A DNA stretch of 23,266 nt, taken from the UHGV virus genome UHGV-0108413; one strand, 5' to 3'. Both the position numbers and the translations under genes were made by a program. The first letter of the stretch is position 1; each line of letters starts with the position of its first letter. Positions 8,037-15,438 of the stretch are shown here, piece by piece. The DNA comes from a virus. The notes below the pieces were generated by a model that was given only the letters and a program-made list of their open reading frames with translations, was not told where the DNA came from and searched no databases.

Positions 8037-8112
8037 ATTACGCTCTGTACTAAAACCATCCATGCACAAGATGTATTTTTTGTTTGCATTCCAAAAGTAC
8101 ATATCGTATTAT
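8037..8112. promoter_or_regulatory. OR/pR/pRM region with operator-like sites
   Basis: pR: -35 TTGCAT (8084..8089), 17-bp spacer, -10 TATTAT (8107..8112). Operator-like 15-mers AGTACATATCGTATT (8096..8110) and ATTACGCTCTGTACT (8037..8051). Confidence 0.5.
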
Positions 8113-8138
8113 TGTTTCATGGTTACTATGGAGGGCAT

Positions 8139-8354
8139 ATGAGCAACCTACGAAAATATCGAGAGTCACTGAATATCTCTCAAACAACACTTGCTAAGGC
8201 GGTTGGATGCACACAGGGAGCTATCGGACATTGGGAATCTGGTCGTCGCTTCCCAGACCTTAAAACATGCCGTGCTCTTGTTGCGTGCCTAAACAAGTTA
8301 GGCGCAAAAGTCAGTCTTGATGACGTGTTCCCACCGGAACACAAAGCCGCTTAA
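8139..8354 (+). CDS. cro: Cro-like HTH regulator (71 aa)
   Basis: ATG at 8139 with GGAGGG SD. HTH ISQTTLAKAVGCTQGAIGHWE. Divergent from cI across the operator region. Confidence 0.8.
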   Translation: MSNLRKYRESLNISQTTLAKAVGCTQGAIGHWESGRRFPDLKTCRALVACLNKLGAKVSLDDVFPPEHKAA

Positions 8355-8364
8355 TAAGCGGATC

Positions 8365-8399
8365 CGCTCTTTATCAATCTGCACCGCCGACAACGCGGT
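8365..8399 (+). promoter_or_regulatory. nutR: boxA-like CGCTCTTTA and boxB-like hairpin with GACAA loop
   Basis: boxA at 8365..8373 just after the cro stop. ACCGC-CGACAAC-GCGGT hairpin at 8383..8399. Confidence 0.6.
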
Positions 8400-8463
8400 A
8401 ACTAATTAATCACTCATCGAAAGATGAGTATTAGTGATTATTTACCTATGGAAATAGTAAGAA

Positions 8464-8760
8464 ATGGAACAAACAAGTTACAGCAAACTATCACAGCGCG
8501 ACGTTGATCGCGCTGAAACAGATTTACTCATCAACCTGTCAACGCTTACACAGCGCGGTCTGGCAAAGATGATTGGCTGTCATGAATCGAAGATAAGCAG
8601 AACGGACTGGAGATTTATTGCTTCGGTCTTGTGTGCTTTCGGAATGGCATCAGACATCAGTCCGATTAGCAGGGCTTTTAAGTATGCGCTTGATGGAATC
8701 ACAAAGAAAAAATCCCCGGTGGCCGCCGGGGACTCTAAGCAAATTGATATGCAATTCTGA
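8464..8760 (+). CDS. cII: CII-like transcriptional activator
   Basis: 98 aa; position after cro/nutR. C-terminus KKKSPVAAGDSKQIDMQF resembles the lambda CII C-terminus. Confidence 0.8.
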   Translation: MEQTSYSKLSQRDVDRAETDLLINLSTLTQRGLAKMIGCHESKISRTDWRFIASVLCAFGMASDISPISRAFKYALDGITKKKSPVAAGDSKQIDMQF

Positions 8761-8792
8761 GGGAATTACTGGATCAATCCACAGGAGTCATT

Positions 8793-9638
8793 ATGACAAA
8801 TACAGCAAAAATACTCAACTTCGGCAGAGGTAACTTTGCCGAACAGGAGCTAAGAGTGGCTGATATCGATGATGGTTACACCAGATTCGCTAACGAGCTG
8901 CTGGAAGCTATCGCAAGTGCCGATTTAACCGCTCGCCAGTTGAAAGTTATGCTGGCCTACGTCCGGAAAACATATGGATTCAATAAGAAAACAGATCGAA
9001 TAGCCGATGAGCAAATTGCTCAGTTAACAGGACTGTCAAGGCAGAATGTTAACAAGGCTAAAAAAGAACTGATTTCAATGAATTGCCTGTTTATGGATGG
9101 AAATAAAATCGGTGTAAACAGGGAGGTATCTGCGTGGCAATTCAGCAAGTGTCTCCAAGTTAGCAACTTTGTCTCGAAGTTAGAGACAAAAAATGTCTCC
9201 AAATTAGAGACACTCAATGTCTCGAAGTTAGAGACACACAAAAGACATTCTTTAAAGACAAAAGAAAATATTAATAAACCCCCTATATCCCCCAAAAAAA
9301 TTTCTCAGAAGTTCGACCCGCTAGAAACAGAGTTGCCTGATTGGTTATCGGCAGAAACATGGTTGTCGTGGGTTACCTATCGCAAGGAGATAGGTAAGTC
9401 GATCAAGTCTAAGCAAAGCGTCACTCAGGCTATCAACGTTCTAAGCAGAAGTCTGGAGAAGGGATATACACCTGAAGAAATTATAAACCAGAGCATCGCC
9501 AGTGGTTGGCAGGGGATTTTTGAACCCAAGACTCCAAAGGGGAAATCTCAACCGAGGCCGCAGCAGCGAGCTATGCAGGAAAACTTTGCCGCCAAAGATT
9601 ACGGGCAAACTGAAATGCCTTCATGGGCGCAGGAGTGA
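8793..9638 (+). CDS. O: Replication initiator O-like protein
   Basis: AGGAG SD upstream. The gene contains the ori iterons, which encode repeated NVSKLET segments, and an adjacent AT-rich tract, as in lambda O. Confidence 0.85.
   Translation: MTNTAKILNFGRGNFAEQELRVADIDDGYTRFANELLEAIASADLTARQLKVMLAYVRKTYGFNKKTDRIADEQIAQLTGLSRQNVNKAKKELISMNCLFMDGNKIGVNREVSAWQFSKCLQVSNFVSKLETKNVSKLETLNVSKLETHKRHSLKTKENINKPPISPKKISQKFDPLETELPDWLSAETWLSWVTYRKEIGKSIKSKQSVTQAINVLSRSLEKGYTPEEIINQSIASGWQGIFEPKTPKGKSQPRPQQRAMQENFAAKDYGQTEMPSWAQE
9151..9237. repeat. ori iterons: four ~19-bp repeats (GTCTCnAAnTTAGAGACAC) inside O, followed by an AT-rich tract to about 9300
   Basis: Iterons at 9151..9167, 9171..9188, 9195..9213 and 9219..9237. 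Each has inverted GTCTC/GAGAC ends. Confidence 0.7.
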
Positions 9639-9640
9639 AC

Positions 9641-10486
9641 ATGACGCTGGATGAAAAGATCTCCCAACTGGAGAAAAAACTTGCAGAATTGAGTTCTCCG
9701 CCAATTGCTATCGAGCATACAGCTGTAGAAATTGGCACTGGCATCTGTGAAAAACATGGTGAGTTTGAGCAGCGTAACCGTTACTCGACTGGGCCAATTA
9801 AGTTTGCCTCAAGACCTAGCGAATGCCCGGAATGCATGAGAGATGAGCTTATTCGGCTACAGGCAGAGAAGATTAAAATCGACGAAGAATCACGTAAGCG
9901 CAATGTCGAGTTTCTGTTGAATAATCTTGATATTCCTGAACGATTCAAGGGTTGCACACTACAGAACTACGAGCCAGTCAACGACGATGCAAAGAGAGTG
10001 CTCAGGGTGTGTCAGGCATACGCCAGCAAATGGCCTGAGAGGTTACAGAAAGGCGGTGGGCTGGTTATGTGCGGAAAGCCTGGTACTGGAAAGAATCATC
10101 TTGCACTGGCTATCGCCCGGCACGCAATTACGGAACATCAAAGCTCAGCTATTTTCACAACGGCGCTGAAAATTGCCAGAGAATATAAATCAACATGGTC
10201 TAAAAACTCCACCCGCACAGAGGATGAAGTGATCCGACAGTTCACTAAACCTGACCTGCTAATTATCGATGAGGTTGGTGTGCAGTTTGGAAGCGAGGCG
10301 GAAAAGATGATCATGTTCGAAATCATCAACACCCGCTACGAGTGCATGAAGCCAACAATCCTGATTAGCAACCAGAGCAAAGATGAACTGTCTGCATTCA
10401 TTGGTGAGCGTGTTATTGACAGGATGAATGATGGCGGCGGGTGCACTCTTGCGTTTACATGGGATAGTTACAGGAGCAGATCGTGA
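9641..10486 (+). CDS. DnaC/IstB-like AAA+ helicase loader (in the position of lambda P)
   Basis: Walker A GKPGTGKNHLA and Walker B LLIIDEVG. ATG at 9641 with AGGAG SD, 3 nt after the O stop. Confidence 0.8.
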   Translation: MTLDEKISQLEKKLAELSSPPIAIEHTAVEIGTGICEKHGEFEQRNRYSTGPIKFASRPSECPECMRDELIRLQAEKIKIDEESRKRNVEFLLNNLDIPERFKGCTLQNYEPVNDDAKRVLRVCQAYASKWPERLQKGGGLVMCGKPGTGKNHLALAIARHAITEHQSSAIFTTALKIAREYKSTWSKNSTRTEDEVIRQFTKPDLLIIDEVGVQFGSEAEKMIMFEIINTRYECMKPTILISNQSKDELSAFIGERVIDRMNDGGGCTLAFTWDSYRSRS

Positions 10487-10773
10487 CTGGAAAAGAAATC
10501 ATCCTGGAATATCTGAAAACTCATGAACAATTCTCCCCACATGAATTAGCACTGATCACCGGAATACCAAATAACAGAATCGCTCAAGCAGCAAGGCATA
10601 TGGTGAAACAAGGGAATTTGAGTGTTGTTGAGCGTAAGTGGAAGACGGTTATTTATGCAAAACGCAAAGTGAAGAAGGAGCCAATTAAAAGAAATCCAGA
10701 TGGTACGGGGTGGGGATGTGCAAATCCAATGACGGCGTTTATTAATAGGGCGCTTATGGAGGTAAGGCAATGA
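10483..10773 (+). CDS. Hypothetical protein (96 aa), possibly winged-helix
   Basis: GTG start overlapping the stop of the loader gene; AGGAG SD 5 nt upstream. Confidence 0.5.
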   Translation: MTGKEIILEYLKTHEQFSPHELALITGIPNNRIAQAARHMVKQGNLSVVERKWKTVIYAKRKVKKEPIKRNPDGTGWGCANPMTAFINRALMEVRQ

Positions 10774-10798
10774 CCATCTACATCACTGAGCTAATAAC

Positions 10799-10827
10799 AG
10801 GCCTGCTGGTAATCGCAGGCCTTTTTA
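10799..10827 (+). terminator. tR2-like intrinsic terminator before the nin region
   Basis: 8-bp stem AGGCCTGC/GCAGGCCT with an 8-nt loop, followed by TTTTT. Confidence 0.6.
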
Positions 10828-10846
10828 TTTGGGGGAGAGGGAAGTC

Positions 10847-11287
10847 ATGAAAAAACTAACCTTTGAAATTCGATCTCCAGCACATCAGCAAAACGCTATT
10901 CACGCGGTACAGCAAATTCTTCCAGACCCAACCAAACCAATCGTAGTAACCATTCAGGAACGCAACCGCAGCTTAGACCAAAATCGGAAGCTTTGGGCTT
11001 GCCTTGGTGACGTCTCTCGTCAGGTTGAATGGCATGGTCGCTGGCTGGATGCAGAAAGCTGGAAGTGTGTGTTTACCGCAGCATTAAAGCAGCAGGACGT
11101 TGTTCCTAACCTTGCCGGGAATGGCTTTGTGGTAATAGGCCAGTCAACCAGCAGGATGCGTGTAAGCGAATTTGCGGAGCTATTAGAGCTTATACAGGCA
11201 TTCGGTACAGAGCGTGGCGTTAAGTGGTCAGACGAAGCGCGACTGGCTCTCGAATGGAAAGCGCGATGGGGAGATCGGGCTGCATGA
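10847..11287 (+). CDS. ninB: NinB (Orf-family recombination mediator)
   Basis: 146 aa, MKKLTFEIRSPAHQQNAIHAVQQILPDPTKPIVVTIQERNRSLDQNRKLWA, recognisably lambda NinB. ATG at 10847 with GAGGGAAG SD. Confidence 0.85.
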   Translation: MKKLTFEIRSPAHQQNAIHAVQQILPDPTKPIVVTIQERNRSLDQNRKLWACLGDVSRQVEWHGRWLDAESWKCVFTAALKQQDVVPNLAGNGFVVIGQSTSRMRVSEFAELLELIQAFGTERGVKWSDEARLALEWKARWGDRAA

Positions 11288-11811
11288 CTATCAAATCAAA
11301 TACGCCAGCACACGACAAGGACTGCTGGCAAACGCCGCTTTGGCTTTTTGATGCACTGGATATTGAGTTTGGATTCTGGCTGGATTCGGCAGCGAGCGAC
11401 AAAAATGCTCTGTGTGCTCACTGGCTAACTGAGGCCGACGACGCGCTCAATTCTGAGTGGGTAAGCCACGGTGCAATCTGGAATAACCCACCGTACAGCA
11501 ATATCAGGCCGTGGGTGGAAAAAGCTGCTGAGCAGTGCATACAACAGCGACAGACGGTAGTTATGCTTGTGCCAGAGGATATGTCAGTCGGATGGTTCAG
11601 CAAGGCTCTGGAGAGTGTCGACGAAGTTCGCATTATCACTGATGGACGGATTAATTTTATCGAACCATCGACAGGGCTGGAGAAGAAGGGAAACAGCAAA
11701 GGCTCCATGCTGCTGATTTGGCGACCGTTCATCAGTCCTCGACGGATGTTTACTACCGTATCCAAAGCGGCATTGATGGCGATCGGGCAGGGTGTCAGGA
11801 GGGCGGCATGA
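11284..11811 (+). CDS. Phage Dam-like DNA N6-adenine methyltransferase
   Basis: NPPY catalytic motif ([10 protein letters not shown]). Start ATG overlaps the ninB stop and its stop overlaps the ninE start (ATGA coupling). Confidence 0.75.
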   Translation: MTIKSNTPAHDKDCWQTPLWLFDALDIEFGFWLDSAASDKNALCAHWLTEADDALNSEWVSHGAIWNNPPYSNIRPWVEKAAEQCIQQRQTVVMLVPEDMSVGWFSKALESVDEVRIITDGRINFIEPSTGLEKKGNSKGSMLLIWRPFISPRRMFTTVSKAALMAIGQGVRRAA

Positions 11812-11984
11812 GGCGACAGCGACGAAGTATCACCGACATCATCTGCGAAAACTGCAAATACCTTCCAACGAAACGCTCCAGAAATAAACGCAAGCCAATC
11901 CCAAAAGAATCTGACGTAAAAACCTTCAACTACACGGCTCACCTGTGGGATATCCGGTGGCTAAGACATCGTGCGAGGAAATGA
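11808..11984 (+). CDS. ninE: NinE-like protein
   Basis: 58 aa, [58 protein letters not shown]. Confidence 0.7.
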   Translation: MRRQRRSITDIICENCKYLPTKRSRNKRKPIPKESDVKTFNYTAHLWDIRWLRHRARK

Positions 11985-11986
11985 CA

Positions 11987-12385
11987 ATGGATTATTCACA
12001 GTTAAGTGATTTTGAAATTAACGTGGCGGTATTCGAATCCATTCATAACGGATCACCGGATTACAAAGAAGGTGAGAATGGCGATATGGTGTTTGTCTCA
12101 TTTGAGGGAGACATTGTAAACGGAGACGCAGTTGAAGTAGAAGTTGAGCGCGGATCCTTTAACCCATGCGTAAACCCAGCAGACGCATGGCCGATTATCA
12201 CTGAAAACAAAATTAGCACCATGTGGATGACAGCGGAAAAAGAATGGTGCGCATGGTCAGGAGGTGATTTAGAGGAAGGTTGTTGGGAATGGGAAAATAT
12301 TCCTGACTACTGCTTCTGCGGTGAATCGCCTCTCCGCGCAGCCATGATTGTATTTCTCATGATGCAGGACGCCAATAATGCTTAG
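11987..12385 (+). CDS. Hypothetical acidic protein
   Basis: ATG at 11987 with GAGGA SD 7 nt upstream; an ATG at 11981 overlapping the ninE stop is an alternative. Confidence 0.5.
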   Translation: MDYSQLSDFEINVAVFESIHNGSPDYKEGENGDMVFVSFEGDIVNGDAVEVEVERGSFNPCVNPADAWPIITENKISTMWMTAEKEWCAWSGGDLEEGCWEWENIPDYCFCGESPLRAAMIVFLMMQDANNA

Positions 12386-12554
12386 CCCATCCCAATCCCT
12401 TCAATACCAGAAAGAAAGCGTCGAGCGAGCTTTAACGTGCGCTAACTGCGGTCAGAAGCTGCATGTGCTGGAAGTTCACATGTGTGAGCACTGCTGCGCA
12501 GAACTGATGAGCGATCCGAATAGCTCAATGTACGAGGAAGAAGACGATGAATGA
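12378..12554 (+). CDS. ninF: NinF-like small Cys-rich protein
   Basis: Manual translation MLSPSQSLQYQKESVERALTCANCGQKLHVLEVHMCEHCCAELMSDPNSSMYEEEDDE, with CxxC and CxxCC motifs. Confidence 0.6.
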   Translation: MLSPSQSLQYQKESVERALTCANCGQKLHVLEVHMCEHCCAELMSDPNSSMYEEEDDE

Positions 12555-13269
12555 GTTAATAAATGGCAATGCCATCAAAATGACAAGCATTGAAATCGCT
12601 GAGTTGGTGGGTAAGCGTCATGACAATGTGAAACGTACCATCGAAACGCTGGCTAAAAATGGTGTTATCCGGCTTCCTCAAATTGAGGTTTCCGAAAGAA
12701 TCAATAACTTAGGGTTCAATGTTCAGTACGAGCATTACGTCTTCGAGGGCGAACAAGGTAAGCGAGACAGTATTGTCGTTGTAGCCCAGTTGTCGCCGGA
12801 ATTCACGGCTCGCCTTGTTGACCGTTGGCGAGAGCTTGAAGAAGCTGCGGTTAATATCCCAAAAACGCTACCAGAAGCGTTGCGCCTTGCTGCTGACCTT
12901 GCTGAGCAGAAAATGCAACTGGAAAACCAGCTCGCAATTGCCGCACCTAAAGTTGAGTTTGCCGATCGCGTTGGCGAGGCCAGCGGAATTTTGATTGGAA
13001 ACTTTGCAAAGGTTGTTGGAATTGGTCCAAACAAACTGTTTGCGTGGATGCGCGATCACAAAATCCTTATTGCTTCAGGTTCCCGGCGCAATGTGCCAAT
13101 GCAGGAATATATGGATCGCGGCTATTTCACAGTGAAAGAAACAGCGTTCAACACAAATCACGGAATACAGATATCGTTCACCACAAAAATCACCGGGCGT
13201 GGTCAACAGTGGCTGACCAGAAGGCTGCTCTATAGCGGAATGCTGAAAGTAACAGGGGAGGCTGCTTAA
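12547..13269 (+). CDS. Rha-family regulatory protein / antirepressor (Rha N-terminal domain, KilAC/Ant-like C-terminal domain)
   Basis: N-terminus MTSIEIAELVGKRHDNVKRTIETL is typical of the Rha domain; C-terminal region FAKVVGIGPNKLFAWMRDHKIL is typical of antirepressor C-terminal domains. Confidence 0.7.
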   Translation: MNELINGNAIKMTSIEIAELVGKRHDNVKRTIETLAKNGVIRLPQIEVSERINNLGFNVQYEHYVFEGEQGKRDSIVVVAQLSPEFTARLVDRWRELEEAAVNIPKTLPEALRLAADLAEQKMQLENQLAIAAPKVEFADRVGEASGILIGNFAKVVGIGPNKLFAWMRDHKILIASGSRRNVPMQEYMDRGYFTVKETAFNTNHGIQISFTTKITGRGQQWLTRRLLYSGMLKVTGEAA

Positions 13270-13559
13270 TGGCTAAACTACGCAAAGAAGCGCGCGGCAG
13301 AGAATGCCAGGTACGTATTTACGGCGTATGCAATGGCAACCCTGAAACTACAGTTCTGGCACATTACCGGATGGCTGGAATTTGCGGAACGGGAATGAAG
13401 CCTGACGACCTGATCGGAGCATGGGCTTGTAGCGCGTGTCACGATGAAATCGACCGACGCACCCATAAACTCGACAACAAAGACGCCAGACTTTACCACC
13501 TGGAAGGCGTGATCAGGACGCAGGCGATACTGCTGAAGGAGGGGAAGATTAAGCCATGA
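13269..13559 (+). CDS. YbcO-like protein (DUF1364, putative nuclease)
   Basis: MAKLRKEARGRECQVRIYGVCNGNPETTVLAH and a Cys/His cluster. Lies between the nin genes and rusA, as ybcO does in DLP12. Confidence 0.6.
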   Translation: MAKLRKEARGRECQVRIYGVCNGNPETTVLAHYRMAGICGTGMKPDDLIGAWACSACHDEIDRRTHKLDNKDARLYHLEGVIRTQAILLKEGKIKP

Positions 13560-13918
13560 ACGAATATCAGTTTGTGCTTCCATACCCGCCGTCGGTGAAC
13601 ACCTACTGGCGAAGACGGGGAAGCCAATACTACATCAGCGATAAAGGCCAGAAATACCGAAAAGACGTTCAGCAAATCATCCGCCAACTTAAGTTAGACA
13701 TTTTCACCAAATCACGACTCCGCATCAAAGTCATCGCAGACGTTCCAGACTCCCGCCGCCGCGACCTCGACAACATCCTGAAAGGTTTACTCGACTCCCT
13801 TATCCACGCCGGATTTGCGGAAGACGACGAGCAATTCGATGACATTCGCGTAATTCGTGGTGTGAAAGTACCAGGCGGACGGCTTGGAATAAAAATCACC
13901 GAACTGGAGAACGCATGA
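13556..13918 (+). CDS. rusA: RusA Holliday-junction resolvase
   Basis: 120 aa with the acidic catalytic region DSRRRDLDNILKGLLDSL. ATGA-coupled to the upstream gene. Confidence 0.85.
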   Translation: MNEYQFVLPYPPSVNTYWRRRGSQYYISDKGQKYRKDVQQIIRQLKLDIFTKSRLRIKVIADVPDSRRRDLDNILKGLLDSLIHAGFAEDDEQFDDIRVIRGVKVPGGRLGIKITELENA

Positions 13919-14103
13919 ACGCCACAATTCAAACGATACCAGAGCTTCTTATCCAGACACGAGGCAATCAGACCGAAGTGGCGAGGATGCTTTCCTGTGC
14001 AAGAGGAACAGTGCTCAAGTACAACCGAGACAGCAAAGGCGAGCGTCACGTAATAGTTAACGGCGTCCTGATGGTCAAACAAGGCAAGAGGGGAAGACGA
14101 TGA
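13915..14103 (+). CDS. ninH: NinH-like protein
   Basis: 62 aa. TIPELLIQTRGNQTEVARMLSCARGTVLKY resembles lambda NinH. ATGA-coupled to rusA and Q. Confidence 0.65.
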   Translation: MNATIQTIPELLIQTRGNQTEVARMLSCARGTVLKYNRDSKGERHVIVNGVLMVKQGKRGRR

Positions 14104-14723
14104 GACTCGAAAGCGTAGCTAAATTTCATTCGCCAAAAAGCCCGATGATGAGCGACTCACCACGGGCTACGGCTTCTGACTCTCTTTCCGGTACTGATGT
14201 GATGGCTGCTATGGGGATGGCGCAATCACAAGCCGGATTCGGAATGGCTGCATTCTGTGGTAAGCACGAACTCAGCCAGAACGACAAACAAAAGGCTATC
14301 AACTATCTGATGCAATTTGCACACAAGGTATCGGGGAAATACCGTGGCGTGGCAAAGCTTGAAGGAAATACTAAGGCAAAGGTACTGCAAGTGCTCGCAA
14401 CATTCGCTTATGCGGATTATTGCCGTAGTGCCGCGACGCCGGGCGCAAGATGCAGAGATTGCCACGGTACAGGCCGTGCGGTTGATATAGCCAAAACGGA
14501 GCAGTGGGGGAGAGTTGTTGAGAAAGAGTGCGGAAGATGCAAAGGTGTCGGCTATTCAAGAATGCCAGCAAGCGCCGCATATCGCGCTGTAACGATGCTA
14601 ATCCCAAACCTTACTCAACCCACCTGGTCACGCACTGTTAAGCCGCTGTATGACGCTCTGGTGGTGCAATGCCACAAAGAAGAGTCAATTGCAGACAACA
14701 TTTTGAATGCGGTCACACGTTAG
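14100..14723 (+). CDS. Q: Late antiterminator Q (lambda type)
   Basis: 207 aa. Zn-binding CRDCHGTGR...CGRCKG region. Position immediately upstream of PR'. Confidence 0.9.
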   Translation: MRLESVAKFHSPKSPMMSDSPRATASDSLSGTDVMAAMGMAQSQAGFGMAAFCGKHELSQNDKQKAINYLMQFAHKVSGKYRGVAKLEGNTKAKVLQVLATFAYADYCRSAATPGARCRDCHGTGRAVDIAKTEQWGRVVEKECGRCKGVGYSRMPASAAYRAVTMLIPNLTQPTWSRTVKPLYDALVVQCHKEESIADNILNAVTR

Positions 14724-14765
14724 CGGCATGATTGCCACGGATGGCAACATATTAACGACATGATA

Positions 14766-14801
14766 TTGACTTTTTGAATAAAGTTGGGTAAATTTGACTC
14801 A
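14766..14801 (+). promoter_or_regulatory. Late promoter PR' with qut
   Basis: -35 TTGACT (14766..14771), 17-bp spacer, -10 TAAATT (14789..14794), then TGACTCAACGATGG as in lambda PR'/qut. Confidence 0.7.
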
Positions 14802-14829
14802 ACGATGGATAAATGCACTCGTTAAATAA

Positions 14830-14858
14830 AGCCCTGAGTTAATAGCTCGGGGCTTTTT
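14830..14858 (+). terminator. tR'-like intrinsic terminator about 58 nt after the PR' start
   Basis: 9-bp stem AGCCCTGAG/CTCGGGGCT (one G-U pair) with a 7-nt loop, followed by TTTT. Confidence 0.6.
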
Positions 14859-14864
14859 GCGTTT

Positions 14865-14880
14865 GCACAACAGGTAAGAG
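14865..14880 (+). repeat. 16-bp direct repeat GCACAACAGGTAAGAG, copy 1
   Basis: Exact copy of 15423..15438, 558 bp away; the two copies bracket an ORF-free block. Confidence 0.5.
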
Positions 14881-15422
14881 CATTCTCCCTTATGGGGCTT
14901 GGCTTAAATGCACCGAGTGCTCTTATCGTTGTGGCAGCACAACGATAGTTTTCGTCAGAGTTGGCGACTTTGCGGGTTTTTAGAAACTGACCACAAAGAT
15001 AAATGCAAACGATGATTTGATGTTGATGGCGGCCTAAGAAACCAAAGTCACGGGGTCTTCCGATTCCCCGCTACCAAATTCGGCGCAGTGGCCCGCTGTG
15101 ATTAATAATGGGCACCCAATAATGAGAGCGTTGGACAGTGGCGATGAGATTTCGCAACCCAGGAGCCAATAGATCGGGGATAGTGCGCATAATACCGATT
15201 GAGGTGAGTGCTGGAATAAGCATCGGGAGTCATGACCCAACATGATGCGGGAAAGCCAGCCACCGAGAGACCCGGCAGGGTAAACCGGCCTTCCGCTTGG
15301 TTATCAAGCAATAATAGCGCTCTCATTCGTGGGTAACAACGGGCATGTCGCCTTAGTAAATCCCTCAAGGGTGCGACGCATAGACCGGTACTAGCGTCGC
15401 CGTTAGCTCCACGAAACGGAGC

Positions 15423-15438
15423 GCACAACAGGTAAGAG
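15423..15438 (+). repeat. 16-bp direct repeat GCACAACAGGTAAGAG, copy 2
   Basis: Exact copy of 14865..14880. Confidence 0.5.

Noticed and set aside
7368-8102. Longest cI ORF starting at ATG 8102 (244 aa)
   Set aside because: No SD, and an operator-like palindrome (8037..8051) would fall inside the coding sequence. Starts at 8027 or 8021 are preferred, but a leaderless start at 8102 cannot be excluded without 5'-end mapping.
9151-9237. Regularly spaced repeats that could be mistaken for a short CRISPR array
   Set aside because: The units are partly palindromic, lie inside the O gene with an adjacent AT-rich tract, and have 1- to 5-bp spacers; they are lambda-type ori iterons.
15050-15078. Second tRNA-like 3' end (CGGGG...CCCCG CTACCA)
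   Set aside because: The loop is 10 nt rather than the canonical 7-nt T-loop, and the rest of a cloverleaf cannot be built.
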